From assembly GCA_963815055.1 (NCBI GenBank), contig CAWFEU010000009.1:158435-222434 (forward strand): a DNA stretch of 64,000 bases, in the 5' to 3' direction. The notes beneath the pieces were generated by a model. The model was given only the letters and a program-made list of their open reading frames with translations, was not told the origin of the DNA and searched no databases. Each line of letters starts with the position of its first letter. The stretch's first letter is position 1. Below are positions 48,728-60,440 of the stretch, one piece after another. A program made the translations under genes and the position numbers. The DNA is from an uncultured Alphaproteobacteria bacterium. Lineage in GTDB: Bacteria > Pseudomonadota > Alphaproteobacteria > Rhizobiales > Xanthobacteraceae.

Positions 48728-51700
48728 TTAGCTCGCGGTCCCGGCTGACGCCTCCGAGCGACCTTCTTTTCCGCCGAACCAGGCCACATATAGCGTCGGC
48801 AAAAAGACGAGCGTCAGGATTGTCCCAACAAGCAATCCTCCCATGATCGCGAAAGCCATCGGGCCCCAAAAAACTGTCGGGGCGATTGGAATCATGCCGA
48901 GAACCGTCGAGATCGCCGTCAACATGATGGGGCGGAAACGTGTGCTGCTCGCGTCGACCGTTGCTTGCCAAACGTCTTTGCCCTGACTTCGTTCAGATTC
49001 TGATTTGGTCAATAAGAATCACGGCGTTTTTGGTAATCATGCCCAGCAACGCCAGGATTCCGAGGATGGCGACGAATCCAAGTGGCTTTCCGGACAGCAA
49101 TAGCGCGCCGACGACGCCGATAAGTCCCAGCGGCCCGACGCTCAGGACGATAAATAAGCGCGAGAAGCTGCGCAGTTGTACCATCAGGACAGTAAACATG
49201 ATCATCAGCATCGCCGGCACGACGGCGATCACCGAGGCCTGTGCTTTGGCACTGTCCTCCACAGTTCCTCCAGCGACGATCCGATAGGGCTGCGGCAGGG
49301 TCTTGGCCAGGTCAGTGACAGACGGCGTCAGTGCATCAACGACGCTTGCCGGCAGCATACCCGCTCTGACATCGGCCTGGACTGTCAAGGTCGGAACGCG
49401 GTCGCGGCGCCAGACCAGTGGCTGTTCTTGATCATAGGTAAACGAGGCAAACTGGCTCAACGGGACCGTTCGTCCATTCGGCAGGGGGACTTGAATTGAC
49501 CGCAATGTATCAAGCGAAACACGTTCCTCATCGGTTGCACGCAACACGACATCAACGAGATAAATGTCATCGCGAACTTGCGTAATCGCACTGCCCGAGA
49601 TGACCGTATTGAGCACGCTCGCGAGAGCCTGCGAGCTTAGCCCAAGCAGGCGGGCCTCGTTCTGGTCGATCTGGATGCGAACTTGCCGGGCCGGTTCGAA
49701 CCAGTCGAAATTGATGTGCGCGACGTTCGGGTTTGCCGCAATGGCCTGCGCCAGCCTTAGCGCGATGTCGCGGACCTTCGAAATTTCCGGACCGCTGATG
49801 CGGTACTGGACAGGCCACCCGACGGGAGGGCCCAGCTCCAGCGTTGAGACACGGCTTGTGAGACTGGGGAATTCATTGGCCAGCACATCTTCGAGCTTCT
49901 TTTGCAGGCGGTTGCGCGCGGGCACATCTTTAGCCACCACGACAGCTTGGCTGAAAAAATTGTTCGGAAGTTGCACGCTGAGTGGCAGATAGAACCGGAT
50001 CGCCCCGCGGCCTACATTGGTGCTCCAGCGCGCGACATCCGGATCGTCTTTAAGGACATCGTCGATGCGTCGCGCCACGGTCTCGCTGGCAAAGATCGAT
50101 GCATTCTGCGGCAACGTCAGGTCGACGAGCAGTTCGGGCCGGTCCGAGGATGGAAAGAACTGGTTGGGAATGAGCCGCATTGCAAATATCGAGGCGATAA
50201 ATAGCGCGAGCGTGACGGCGAGTGTCAGCCATTTGACCCGGAGGGCCCAGGTGAGAAACGACCGGTAGGTGCGGAATACCCAACCAGGCTCGCTCGACTT
50301 TGCCGCCTTTGGCGGTTTCAGAATCGCGACGCCCAGCAGCGGCGCGAACAGAACGGCGACGAACCACGAGGCAATCAGCGCGATGGCGACAACGGCAAAA
50401 AGCGAGAACGTATATTCACCGGCGCCACTGGCGGCGAATCCCACGGGTACGAAGCCTGCAATTGTCACCAGCGTTCCGGCAAGCATTGCAAAAGCGTAGG
50501 TGCGGAAAGCGAATGTCGCGGCTTCTACCTTGTCGTCGCCCGCGGCCAGGCGCGTGAGCATGGCATCGGTGGTTGTCATGGCGTCGTCAACCATCAACGC
50601 CAGCGCGATGATGAGCGCGCCTAATGAGATGCGCTGCATGTCGATGTGAGACGCCAACATCATCGAAAAGACCACGACAAGCGTGAGAGGTATGGCCGAT
50701 GCGATCACAAAACCAGGGCGAATACCTAAGCTTATAAAGCTGGCAGCCAGGATGATTGCGACCGCTTGCCATAGCGACGTCATGAACTCGGAAATCGCGA
50801 TGTCGACCGTCGCGGCCTGATCGGCCACCAGTTTCGGTTCTATGCCGAGCGGCAAATCCGCCGTGGCTTTGGCAAGAGCCGTCTTGACGTTTTTGCCAAG
50901 GGCCAGGATGTCGCCGCCGTCGCGCATCGCAATTGCCAAGCCGATGGCGGGCTGTCCGTTGACGCGAAACAGAGGCTGTGGCGGATCGGCGAAACCGCGT
51001 CGAATCTGCGCAATGTCACTCAGGCGCAGCATGCGCCCGCCAACCGCAAAATTGACGTTAGCCACATCCTGTTCGGATCGGAATGCTCCCGAAACGCGAA
51101 GTGACAGGGCTTCATTGCCAGTCTGTATCGTGCCGGCAGGTTGCACGACGTTCTGCGCCTGCAGGGCCGCGACCAATGCCGAACGATCAATGCCAAGGCT
51201 GGCCAGCTGCTCCATTGAGAATTCGACGAAGATCCTCTCGTCCTGCGCGCCCAGAATCTCGATTTTCGAGACGTCGGGGACGTGAAGCAGCTTCGAGCGC
51301 ACGTCCTCGACATAGTCGCGGAGCTCTCGATGCGTGAAACCGTCAGCGGTGAAACCGTAGATGATGCCGAAGGTGTCGCCGAATTCGTCGTTGAACCCTG
51401 GTCCGACGACGCCCGTTGGCAGCGTATGCCGCATATCGCCGATACTTTTGCGGACGTGGTACCAGACGTCCGGTATTTTGTTGGCGGGAGTGCTGTCCTT
51501 TAAGTTGACGAAAATCGTGGTGACGCCGGCACGCGTGAAACTGCGCAGGAAGTCTAGATTTGGCGTTTCCTGCAGCGTGCGCTCGAGTCGTTCGGTGACC
51601 TGTTTGAGCATGTCGTCGACGCTGGCGCCGGGCCACGCAGCCTGCACCACCATCGTTTTAATGACGAAAGAGGGGTCTTCATTGCGCCCGAGCCGCACGA

Positions 51701-51791
51701 AGGCGAATAGCCCCGCCACCACCGCAATAATCATCAGGTAGACGGTCAGCGAACGATTCTTGAGCGCCCATTCCGAAAGGTTGAAGCCCAT
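48728..51791 (-). CDS. RND efflux permease (AcrB family), +1 frameshift at 49001
   Basis: ALALMVDDA and GMITKNAVILIDQI motifs; the downstream frame continues ESERSQGK...TRFRPIMLT. Confidence 0.88.
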
Positions 51792-51792
51792 A

Positions 51793-52893
51793 TCACGGCT
51801 CCGACCCGAGCAGGCGAACCTTTTGGCCCGGATGGAGGGCCTGCACACCAGCTGTGACAATAACCTCGCCGGTCGTCAGTCCGCCCGACACCGCCACCCG
51901 AGCCGGGTCATAACGCAACACGTCGACATTGCGGACCGACACAGTTTTGTTCGAAGTGTCGACGATCCACACGGCGGGCTGGCTGTTGAACTTCGTTAGC
52001 GCCGTTGCGGGGATATCGATCACCGGAACCGATTCGCCTTCCATGCGTCCTGTCACTGTCGCGCCAAGCCGCATCGCGGGCGGAGGATCTTTCAAACCGA
52101 CTTTGACCGCGAACGTCCGCGTCACGGGATCCGCTTGCGGGGCGATCTCACGCACGCGACCGGTTGTTGTCACTTTTGCATCATCGGTAAGGCTTACGGT
52201 GATCCTCGGGTCGCTCGGTGCAGTTCGGATGACCTGTGCCGGTACGTCAAATACCGCGTCGCGCCCGTCTCTCCGGGCGACGCGGAAAATCATTTGGCCG
52301 GCCTGTACGACTTCGCCCGCGCCGGGGCCAACCGCAGTGATCACACCGGGTGCATCCGCCTTGAGTTCCGTAAAGCTGACGAGATCATATGCGGTCTTCA
52401 CTTGCGCTTCGGCAGCATCGACCTGCGACTCCGCAGTTTGCAGCGCCTGTTTTGCCTGATCGTGATTTGCGCGTGTGGTCCAGCCTTGCTTGAGCAAAGT
52501 ATCCTGCCGTTCGAAATGGTTGCGGGCCTGCGTCAGTTGCCCTTGCGAAGCCACGAGGTTGGCCTGCGCCGCACGTAAACTGTTGCGCTCGTTTTGAGAT
52601 TCCAGTCGTGCCACGACCTGTCCGGCTTCGATTCGATCCCCGAGCTTGCGGTCGTTTTCAAGCACGCGGCCCGAGATGCGGAATGCAAGTGCGACCTCAT
52701 CCTCCGCTTCGATGCGGCCGGTCAAGGTAACAGCCGCGCCGGCTTCGCGTTGCTCGATAGTGACGGTTCGAACCGGACGAGGCTGCGGTGCGGCAGTTTC
52801 TGATTGCGGTGAACAGCTACAAAGAACCAGCGACACCACCAACGCGCCTGCGGCAGCGAACATTTTCCTCGCGCGATCAATGTTCATATGCAT
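51793..52893 (-). CDS. RND periplasmic adaptor (MFP) lipoprotein
   Basis: Lipobox-like LCSC, LAFRISGRV, LKADAPGVI and GEVVQAGQ motifs. Confidence 0.9.
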   Translation of the reverse strand: MHMNIDRARKMFAAAGALVVSLVLCSCSPQSETAAPQPRPVRTVTIEQREAGAAVTLTGRIEAEDEVALAFRISGRVLENDRKLGDRIEAGQVVARLESQNERNSLRAAQANLVASQGQLTQARNHFERQDTLLKQGWTTRANHDQAKQALQTAESQVDAAEAQVKTAYDLVSFTELKADAPGVITAVGPGAGEVVQAGQMIFRVARRDGRDAVFDVPAQVIRTAPSDPRITVSLTDDAKVTTTGRVREIAPQADPVTRTFAVKVGLKDPPPAMRLGATVTGRMEGESVPVIDIPATALTKFNSQPAVWIVDTSNKTVSVRNVDVLRYDPARVAVSGGLTTGEVIVTAGVQALHPGQKVRLLGSEP

Positions 52894-53021
52894 GTCCAAC
52901 TCTTCCCGTTGGATTTGAGAAATCACCAGGCAAATCAATGTTTCACCTCAATGAACGGACGTTCGAGGTGCTCAGTCAGTCATCGCCTGTTGGAGATAAA
53001 GCAGCCTCGGCAGCGCAGATA

Positions 53022-53037
53022 TGGGACTTCAGGCCAA
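53022..53037. promoter_or_regulatory. TTGGAC-N4-GTCCAA-type palindrome centred between the divergent RND and urease operons
   Basis: TGGGAC-TTCA-GGCCAA, 129 bp from the MFP start and 126 bp from the ureJ start. Confidence 0.5.
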
Positions 53038-53162
53038 TAGGCCGCCTCTATATGTGATCGATATACTTGATACTTGCGCAACTTGCGGCAATTATCGCTC
53101 CATGCGGCGATTGCTGAATTCCTCTCACGTCGTCAGTTGATCAGGGTCGATGGAGAATGCTT

Positions 53163-53754
53163 ATGAAACGTGCGGGTACAATGGCATTTGTTGCCTTTCT
53201 CGTTTTTGCTCCGGCCGCAGCGCTGGCCCATCCCGGGCATGATGGCGCAGGCGGGCTGACCCAAGGCTTTATCCATCCACTCACCGGCATCGATCATGTT
53301 TTGGCTATGATCGCCGTCGGCGTGATTGCTGCACAGTATGGTGGCCGCGCTTTGTGGCTGGTTCCAATGAGTTTTCTGGTCGCTATGGGAGCCGCGGGCG
53401 CCATTGGCATGGCTGGAATTCCAGTGCAAATCGTTGAGGTTGGAATTGCCCTTTCAGTCGTCGTCCTCGGGCTCATGATCGCCTTTCAAATTAAACCTCC
53501 AACGTTGGTGGCAATGGTGGCCGTCGGGTTTTTCGCACTATTCCACGGCTATGCGCACGGCTCTGAAATGTCTAACGGTCAAGCAGCGCTGTCATTTGCC
53601 GCAGGCTTTCTCTTCGCGACGGCTTTGTTATTGGGCGCGGGCGTAGGACTTGGGCTGCTCTTGCAACGGCGGACTTTGCGCCGGCGCTTGATTTCAAGCC
53701 GGCGGTGGAGCAATGGCGCTGGTTGGCATTGCAATGTTGGCGGGTGTCCTTTGA
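53163..53754 (+). CDS. ureJ: HupE/UreJ family nickel permease; +1 frameshift at 53691-53694
   Basis: AHPGH, HPLTGIDH and FHGYAHG motifs; removing one T gives the normal end IQAGGGAMALVGIAMLAGVL*. Confidence 0.85.
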
Positions 53755-53808
53755 TCAAAGGTCGATGAACAACGCCGTTTTTCGGGTTGTGCGGAAGGAG
53801 GGACAACA

Positions 53809-54111
53809 ATGCAGCTAACCCCGAGAGAGTTCGACAAGCTGCTCATCTACATGATGGCCGAAGTTGCATTGAAACGAAAAACAAAAGGCCTCAAACTCAA
53901 TTATCCTGAAGCTGTTGCCATCATCTCGGCTGTCGCACTCGATGGCGCGCGAGCGGGAAAAACCATCGAAGAAGTTACTAAGGACGCGCGTACTGCGCTG
54001 ACCAAGAACGACGTCATGGACGGCGTCGCGGACCTTGTGCCGATGGTGCAAGTCGAGGCGGTGTTCACCGACGGCAGCCGCCTGGTGACTGTTCACACCC
54101 CGATACAGTAG
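53809..54111 (+). CDS. ureA: Urease gamma subunit
   Basis: [17 protein letters not shown] and [16 protein letters not shown] motifs. Confidence 0.96.
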   Translation: MQLTPREFDKLLIYMMAEVALKRKTKGLKLNYPEAVAIISAVALDGARAGKTIEEVTKDARTALTKNDVMDGVADLVPMVQVEAVFTDGSRLVTVHTPIQ

Positions 54112-54130
54112 CGCGCGACTGGAGGTTGCG

Positions 54131-54580
54131 ATGGCCAAGGCCAAGACCTTTCCAACTCTTTCTTCAAATATCGACCCGGCGTCGGAGGATGTGCCTCTCG
54201 GTGGTTATGTATGCAGCCCGGACCCAGTCACTTTCGATGAAAAAAAGCAAGTGACGAAGCTTTCCGTGCGCAATACCGGTGACCGCCCGGTGCAGGTCGG
54301 CTCGCATTTTCATTTTTTTGAAGTCAACCCAGCTCTGGAGTTCGACCGGGCGGCGGCGTTCGGCCTTCACCTCAACATTCCGTCGTCGACCGCCATGCGG
54401 TTCGAACCAGGCGACGAGCGAGAGGTAGCTTTGGTGCCGTTTGGGGGAAAGCGGTCCGTTTTCGGATTCAATAACCTCGTCGATGGCCCGACGGCGGGTA
54501 AGGATGCGGCCGCTCGGAAGTCCAAGGCTGTAAAATTGGCAAGTAAGCGTGGTTTCCGCTCGGCTCGCTCGAAGTCCTGA
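54131..54580 (+). CDS. ureB: Urease beta subunit
   Basis: [19 protein letters not shown] and RFEPG motifs. Confidence 0.96.
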   Translation: MAKAKTFPTLSSNIDPASEDVPLGGYVCSPDPVTFDEKKQVTKLSVRNTGDRPVQVGSHFHFFEVNPALEFDRAAAFGLHLNIPSSTAMRFEPGDEREVALVPFGGKRSVFGFNNLVDGPTAGKDAAARKSKAVKLASKRGFRSARSKS

Positions 54581-54618
54581 CCTGCTTGAAGCAGTGCATG
54601 TGAATTGAGGGTCACCCC

Positions 54619-56340
54619 ATGGCGACGATTTCGCGTAGTGAATACGTCAATTTGTTTGGCCCAACGGTCGGGGATCGCATTCGATTGGGCGACACCGGGC
54701 TGTTTGTCGAGATCGAACGCGACCTGCGCGGCCGGCTTGGCGACGAGATTGTGTTCGGGGGCGGCAAGAGCTTGCGCGAAGGCATGGGCATGGATAACCG
54801 GCTAACGCGCAAGGCCGGAGCGCCTGACCTTGTCATCACCAACGTGACAATCATCGACGCAGTACAAGGCGTGGTAAAAGCTGACGTCGGCGTCAAGGAC
54901 GGACTCATCTGTGCCATCGGCAAGTCCGGCAATCCTCAGACCATGGATGGCGTGACGCCCGGTTTGGAGCTTGGTCTCGCCACCGATGCGATCTCGGGCT
55001 CGCATCTGATTCTGACCGCGGCCGGTATCGACACGCATATCCATTTCATCTCGCCGCAGCAGGCAGAGGCAGCTTTATCCAACGGAACGACGACCTTGAT
55101 TGGCGGAGGAACGGGCCCGTCAGATGGCTCCAACGCTACGACGGTCACGCCGGGCCCGGGCAACATCGAAATGATGCTGAAATCTTTCGAGGGCTGGCCT
55201 GTCAACGTCGGTATCCTTGGCAAGGGGCATGGGCACGGCAAGGCCGCGCTGGTGGAGCAAATCGAGGCCGGTGCGGTGGGCTTCAAATGTCACGAAGACT
55301 GGGGGACCACTCCCGCCGTGCTTCGCTCTGCGCTCACCGTGGCGGACGAGATGGACGTGCAGGTCTGCATCCATACCGACACATTGAACGAATCTGGATT
55401 CGTCGAAGACACAATCGACGCTTTCGAAGGACGCACTGTCCATTCGTTTCACACCGAAGGCTCCGGAGGCGGGCACGCGCCCGACATCATCAGGATCTCC
55501 GCGCTGCCAAATGTTCTGCCATCGTCGACAAATCCGACGCTTCCCTACGGAATCAATTCGCAGGCCGAGCTCTACGACATGATCATGGTCTGCCACCATC
55601 TCAGTCCTGATATTCCGTCCGACGTAGCATTCACTGAGAGCCGCATCCGCGCCGAGACCATCGCCGCCGAAAACGTTCTGCAGGATATGGGCGTGATTTC
55701 GATGTTCTCCAGTGACTCCCAGGCCATGGGGCGCATCGGAGAATGCTGGCTGCGCGCTATTCAGACCGCGGATGCCATGAAAACCGGCCGCGGCAAGCTG
55801 CCAGAGGACGCGCCAGGCAACGACAATTTCCGCGTGCTGCGCTACGTGGCGAAGATCACGATAAATCCCGCGATATCGCATGGTATTTCGAAAGTCCTGG
55901 GCTCGGTCGAGGTCGGAAAAATGGCGGACCTGGTCTTGTGGGAACCCGCCTTTTTCGGTGCCAAGCCCAAACTCATCATCAAGAATGGCCAGATCAGCTG
56001 GGCGCTGATGGGTGATCCGAATGCGTCGTTGCCGACGCCGCAACCGGTTTATTACCGGCCGATGTTCGGCGCCTATGGCGATGCACTGGCGCGAAACTGC
56101 ATTTCGTTTGTCTCTCGCGCAGCGCACGCTTCCGGTATCCAGAAGCGGCTGGCGCTCAAACGGAAGGTGATCCCCGTGCAGAACATCCGCAAGGTTCGCA
56201 AACGTGACATGGTCCGCAATTCCGGCACTCCAGATATCAAAGTTGATCCGGAAACATTTGCTGTCACTGTTGATGGAGCGCATGCGACAGTTCCGCCGTT
56301 AAAGACGGTTTCTCTCAATCAGAAATATTTCTTTAGCTAG
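54619..56340 (+). CDS. ureC: Urease alpha subunit
   Basis: [38 protein letters not shown] and SSDSQAMGR catalytic motifs intact. Confidence 0.97.
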   Translation: MATISRSEYVNLFGPTVGDRIRLGDTGLFVEIERDLRGRLGDEIVFGGGKSLREGMGMDNRLTRKAGAPDLVITNVTIIDAVQGVVKADVGVKDGLICAIGKSGNPQTMDGVTPGLELGLATDAISGSHLILTAAGIDTHIHFISPQQAEAALSNGTTTLIGGGTGPSDGSNATTVTPGPGNIEMMLKSFEGWPVNVGILGKGHGHGKAALVEQIEAGAVGFKCHEDWGTTPAVLRSALTVADEMDVQVCIHTDTLNESGFVEDTIDAFEGRTVHSFHTEGSGGGHAPDIIRISALPNVLPSSTNPTLPYGINSQAELYDMIMVCHHLSPDIPSDVAFTESRIRAETIAAENVLQDMGVISMFSSDSQAMGRIGECWLRAIQTADAMKTGRGKLPEDAPGNDNFRVLRYVAKITINPAISHGISKVLGSVEVGKMADLVLWEPAFFGAKPKLIIKNGQISWALMGDPNASLPTPQPVYYRPMFGAYGDALARNCISFVSRAAHASGIQKRLALKRKVIPVQNIRKVRKRDMVRNSGTPDIKVDPETFAVTVDGAHATVPPLKTVSLNQKYFFS

Positions 56341-56349
56341 CAAGCAGCC

Positions 56350-57048
56350 ATGGTCATCATTGAATCAGTTCTCGGCAACATCAACGATCGCGAATGGGCG
56401 AAGCAATTGGCCGGTGCCAGCATCGATATTCTCGAACTGGATCAATGGGAGGCGCAGAAAAATCGCTTCCGGAAAAAGACTGCCAACGGAACCGAACTCG
56501 CTGTCGCGCTTGATCGTGGGACGGTCATGCGCGACGGAGACATATTGGTCTGGGAAGCGAGCAAGGCCGCTGGCATCGCGGTGCGGATACGCCTCCGCGA
56601 AGTCATGGTCGTCCATCTGGAAGGCTTGGCACATCTCGCACCCGAGATCGCAATGCGCACCTGCCTGGAACTGGGACACGCGCTCGGCAACCAGCACTGG
56701 CCCGCGCTGATCAAGGGCGATCATGTCTATGTGCCGCTTACCGTCGACCGCAAGGTCATGGCCTCCGTTATGAAAACGCATCGGTTCGAAGACATTCATT
56801 ATGAGTTCGTGCCGGGGAGTGAGGTTGTTCCCTATCTCGCGCCACATGAATCGCGCCGGCTATTCGGTGGTGCCGAAGGCCAAGCGCATTCTCATGTGCA
56901 TGAAACCTATGCCGAGCTCGATGTTGAAACGGGGCACGTTCACAGCCGCTCCCCAACGCGTCCCCACACGCATAGTCATGGCCGTTCCGGCGACCACGTC
57001 CATTTCCATGGATCGCCGGCGCGTCTTGCAGATGACAATACAAAGTAA
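56350..57048 (+). CDS. ureE: Urease nickel metallochaperone with His-rich tail
   Basis: ELGHALGNQHWP motif and C-terminal His cluster. Confidence 0.92.
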   Translation: MVIIESVLGNINDREWAKQLAGASIDILELDQWEAQKNRFRKKTANGTELAVALDRGTVMRDGDILVWEASKAAGIAVRIRLREVMVVHLEGLAHLAPEIAMRTCLELGHALGNQHWPALIKGDHVYVPLTVDRKVMASVMKTHRFEDIHYEFVPGSEVVPYLAPHESRRLFGGAEGQAHSHVHETYAELDVETGHVHSRSPTRPHTHSHGRSGDHVHFHGSPARLADDNTK

Positions 57049-57751
57049 TCGTGCCGGCGGTCCGCGGGCGGCGGCACTTCTCGCTCGGATGTTGCAGTTC
57101 GGGGACTCGATGTTCCCGATCGGTGGATTTTCGTTTTCGTGTGGCCTGGAATCCGCGATTCAAAAGGGCCTCGTCGTGGATACTGCGACGCTTGCGGCCT
57201 ACGCACGCACTGCGGTGGAACAGGCGGCACGTGGCGACGGAATCGCCCTCATTGCCGCACACAATGCCGCGACTGCGGGTGACTTCGATGCGCTCGTCTC
57301 GATCGACAGCGTAGTATTTGCACGCAAGCTGTCTGAGGAAACGCGGACGATGACAATCCGTATGGGCAAGAAGTTCACCGAGATCGGACTGCAAGTCATT
57401 GACCTCCCGTTCCTGCGCAGATGGTGCGAAAGCATCGAAGCCGGTGCCACGCCCGGATGTTACCCGGTATCGCTGGCGATCAATTTCGCAGTACAGAGTC
57501 TTTCCGCGAGGGAGGCGTTTGTTGTTCATCAATACGGGGTGGCGGCGATGATCCTCGGCGCATCGCTCCGACTGATGCGGATCAGTCACATGGACACGCA
57601 ACGCATTCTCTATGATCTCAATGCTCGCGTGGATGCGGACTTCCTGATCGCCGCTAAGGCTCGCCTGTCGGACATGGCGGGCTATGCGCCACTTACAGAA
57701 ATCCTGGCAGCCGTTCACACCAAGGCGCATGTGCGGCTGTTCATGAGTTGA
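57032..57751 (+). CDS. ureF: Urease accessory protein
   Basis: LQFGDSMFPIGGFSFSCGLE and H...HVRLFMS motifs. Confidence 0.93.
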   Translation: MTIQSNRAGGPRAAALLARMLQFGDSMFPIGGFSFSCGLESAIQKGLVVDTATLAAYARTAVEQAARGDGIALIAAHNAATAGDFDALVSIDSVVFARKLSEETRTMTIRMGKKFTEIGLQVIDLPFLRRWCESIEAGATPGCYPVSLAINFAVQSLSAREAFVVHQYGVAAMILGASLRLMRISHMDTQRILYDLNARVDADFLIAAKARLSDMAGYAPLTEILAAVHTKAHVRLFMS

Positions 57752-57768
57752 CCTGATTGGACATTCAA

Positions 57769-58416
57769 ATGTCGAAAAAGAAAATCGTACGTATTGGCGT
57801 GGGCGGGCCGGTAGGTTCCGGAAAGACGGCAATTGTGGAAACCATCACTCCGCGACTGCTCGATCTCGGCATAAAGATACTCATCATAACCAACGACGTC
57901 GTGACCACGGAGGACGCAAAGCAGGTACAGCGGACGCTCAAAGGCGTTCTGATTCAGGAGCGGATCCTCGGCGTTGAGACAGGCGCATGCCCGCACACGG
58001 CAGTGCGCGAGGACCCGAGTATGAATCTTGCTGCAGTCGAAGAGATGGAGGCGCGTTTCCCCGACAGCGACGTCGTATTGATCGAAAGCGGCGGCGACAA
58101 TCTCACGCTGACGTTCTCACCGGCGCTGGTAGACTATTTTATCTACGTGATTGACGTTGCTGCCGGTGACAAGATCCCACGCAAGAACGGGCCGGGGATT
58201 ACTCAATCCGACATCCTGGTCATCAACAAGACTGACCTCGCGCCGCACGTCGGTGCGAGCCTCGACGTTATGAAACGAGATTCGCACCTTATGCGCGGCA
58301 GCAAGCCGTTCCTGTTCACCAATTGCAAGACCGGCGAGGGAATCCCCGCGCTCGTCGAGCTCATTGTGCAGGACCTGCTGTTCGATCTGGAGGTGCCGCG
58401 AAAGAGGTCGGCGTGA
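57769..58416 (+). CDS. ureG: Urease accessory GTPase
   Basis: [23 protein letters not shown] and NKTD motifs. Confidence 0.96.
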   Translation: MSKKKIVRIGVGGPVGSGKTAIVETITPRLLDLGIKILIITNDVVTTEDAKQVQRTLKGVLIQERILGVETGACPHTAVREDPSMNLAAVEEMEARFPDSDVVLIESGGDNLTLTFSPALVDYFIYVIDVAAGDKIPRKNGPGITQSDILVINKTDLAPHVGASLDVMKRDSHLMRGSKPFLFTNCKTGEGIPALVELIVQDLLFDLEVPRKRSA

Positions 58417-59364
58417 CGTCGTCAGTCGCCACAATCAGGCCTACCGCCGAGGCACTTGGTGCATCGGCTCCGGAACTTGCGCCATTTCAGGACGAACCGG
58501 CGCAAATGAAAAGCGGGACTGTGGGCAAGACCGGATTCTTGCGTCTTGGCTTCGAATTGCGCGGCAAGCAAACGATCCTCGCGGACCTTGATCGCCGCGC
58601 GCCATACATGGCCCAACGCGCTCTCTACTTTGACGACGGTGTGCCGGGGCTTGCCCATGTATTCATGATCACCACAACCGGGTGTCTATTGCAGGGCGAC
58701 CGCCTTGCACTCGAGATCGACCTCGCACCGCGTGCGCAAGCGCACGTGACCACGCAATCTGCGACCAAAATTCACACAATGGATGCCAATTATGCGGCAC
58801 AGACGCAGACCATAACGCTTGGCGAGGAATCCTATTTGGAGCTACTTCCTGACCCCCTGATTCCGCACCGCCGCGCACGCTACCTCAGTGATACGCGCAT
58901 CTGTGTTCCGGCTTCGGCAACGCTGCTCTTTTCGGAGATCATTCAGCCGGGGCGGAAGCATCATCACCCGGATGAATGCTTTGGCGCCACGCTGTTGTCG
59001 ATCGCCGCGACCGCCTCTCGCCCCGACGGTCGGCTGCTATTCACCGAAAAACTGCTCATCGACCCGCAGCGATACTCAATGCGGCAGACCGGTGTGATGG
59101 AACTCGTTCGATGTATTTGGCAACGTGATCTTGTGCACGCCCAAAGACAAGGCTGAGCGCATTCATGCGCGTGTACAGCCCGATGTCGACCTCTCGCGCG
59201 GTGTGGCCTGTGGCGCTTGCCGGCTACCCAACGATGCCGGCCTCATCTTCAAGGTCGTCGGCCGTGAGTGCGCGCAGGTCAAGACGAAGATACGCGAATT
59301 CTGGGGCCTTGTTCGCAAGGAGGTGACCGGTGCCGACCTCCCGCAACCATTTCTCTGGCGCTGA
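58413..59364 (+). CDS. ureD: Urease accessory protein; +1 frameshift at 59101
   Basis: [15 protein letters not shown] and LPDPLIPH motifs; removing one A restores [17 protein letters not shown]...FLWR*. Confidence 0.88.
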
Positions 59365-59425
59365 ACGTAAAACGAGCACGATCACAATCGCCAAACTGCA
59401 GTTCACCGCACGACAGGAGTTGGTA

Positions 59426-60427
59426 ATGAAGGAACTTTTGGCAAGCTGGGAAAAGCTGTGTGTATCGTCTGCGAGTCTGCGTTTTGTCGACATCAATTTG
59501 CGCGGCACAGGGCAAGTCATGCTTCAGGACAATCCGCTAAGCGGCGCAGTGTTTCTCGTCGCTATCGCCTGGGGATCCTATGCCGCCGGCGCGCCACAGA
59601 TTGCGATTGGAGGAGTCGTGGCGCTCGTTGCAGCAACGCTCACGGCATACTGGGTACGCGCTGACAAAAAATCGTTGGCGGAGGGTCTCTATGGCTTCAA
59701 CGGCATTCTCGTCGGATTGGCGCTCCCCACATTTCTCGCGCCAGGTCCGCTCCTTTGGGCATATGTGGTACTTGGAGGCGCTGTTTCAACGATAGTCATG
59801 ATGTGGTCGGTCAAGCTGGTGGCGCCATGGGGCGCCGCTTTGACATTTTCATTTGTGGTCACCACCTGGCTTCTTCTTCTGGCGACCTACGGATTTGCCG
59901 GGTTGACAGGCGCCGCGCTACCGATCGGCAGGGTCGTCGGCGCTTTCCAGGTTGCTGCCTCGGACCCGCTGCGCTTAGGCGATTTTCTGCAAGGTGTGGT
60001 GCATAGTATTTCGCAGGTGTTTCTGAAAGGGAACGGTTTGTCTGGCCTGCTGTTGTTGGCCGGACTGGCTGTCAATTCGCTTGCAGCCGCCGCATTCGCA
60101 CTTGCGGGCGCGATACTGGCCGTGGTCGTCGCGCATCTTCTCGGAGCAGAGAGCGACTTGATCACGGGTGGGCTGCTGGGCTTCAGTCCGGTGTTGACCG
60201 CCATCGCGCTCGGCACCGTTTTCTACCGGCCGAGCCTTCGTGTCGCGTTATACACCGCGTTGGGTACTGCGATGACGGTCGTCGCGCAAGCGGCACTGAA
60301 TGTCGCACTGACACCGTTCGCCATTCCAGCACTGACCGCACCATTTGTGCTGGTGACCTGGATGTTTATGGCGCCGCGCGAGAGTTTTGAATCGAGTGCA
60401 AGTCGACGAAGCCGAAAGGCAGCGTAG
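59426..60427 (+). CDS. Urea transporter (UT/Yut/UreT family)
   Basis: RGTGQVMLQDNPLSG, GLYGFNG, SISQVFL, GLLGFSP and LTAPFV motifs; CAGGAG RBS. Confidence 0.9.
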   Translation: MKELLASWEKLCVSSASLRFVDINLRGTGQVMLQDNPLSGAVFLVAIAWGSYAAGAPQIAIGGVVALVAATLTAYWVRADKKSLAEGLYGFNGILVGLALPTFLAPGPLLWAYVVLGGAVSTIVMMWSVKLVAPWGAALTFSFVVTTWLLLLATYGFAGLTGAALPIGRVVGAFQVAASDPLRLGDFLQGVVHSISQVFLKGNGLSGLLLLAGLAVNSLAAAAFALAGAILAVVVAHLLGAESDLITGGLLGFSPVLTAIALGTVFYRPSLRVALYTALGTAMTVVAQAALNVALTPFAIPALTAPFVLVTWMFMAPRESFESSASRRSRKAA

Positions 60428-60440
60428 GGAGGACTAGGCC

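Noticed and set aside
48728-59364. Programmed ribosomal frameshifting or island-wide pseudogenisation as the cause of the split genes
   Set aside because: No slippery heptamers at the breaks, no accumulated nonsense codons, and all breaks are single +1 events, which fits sequencing error better.
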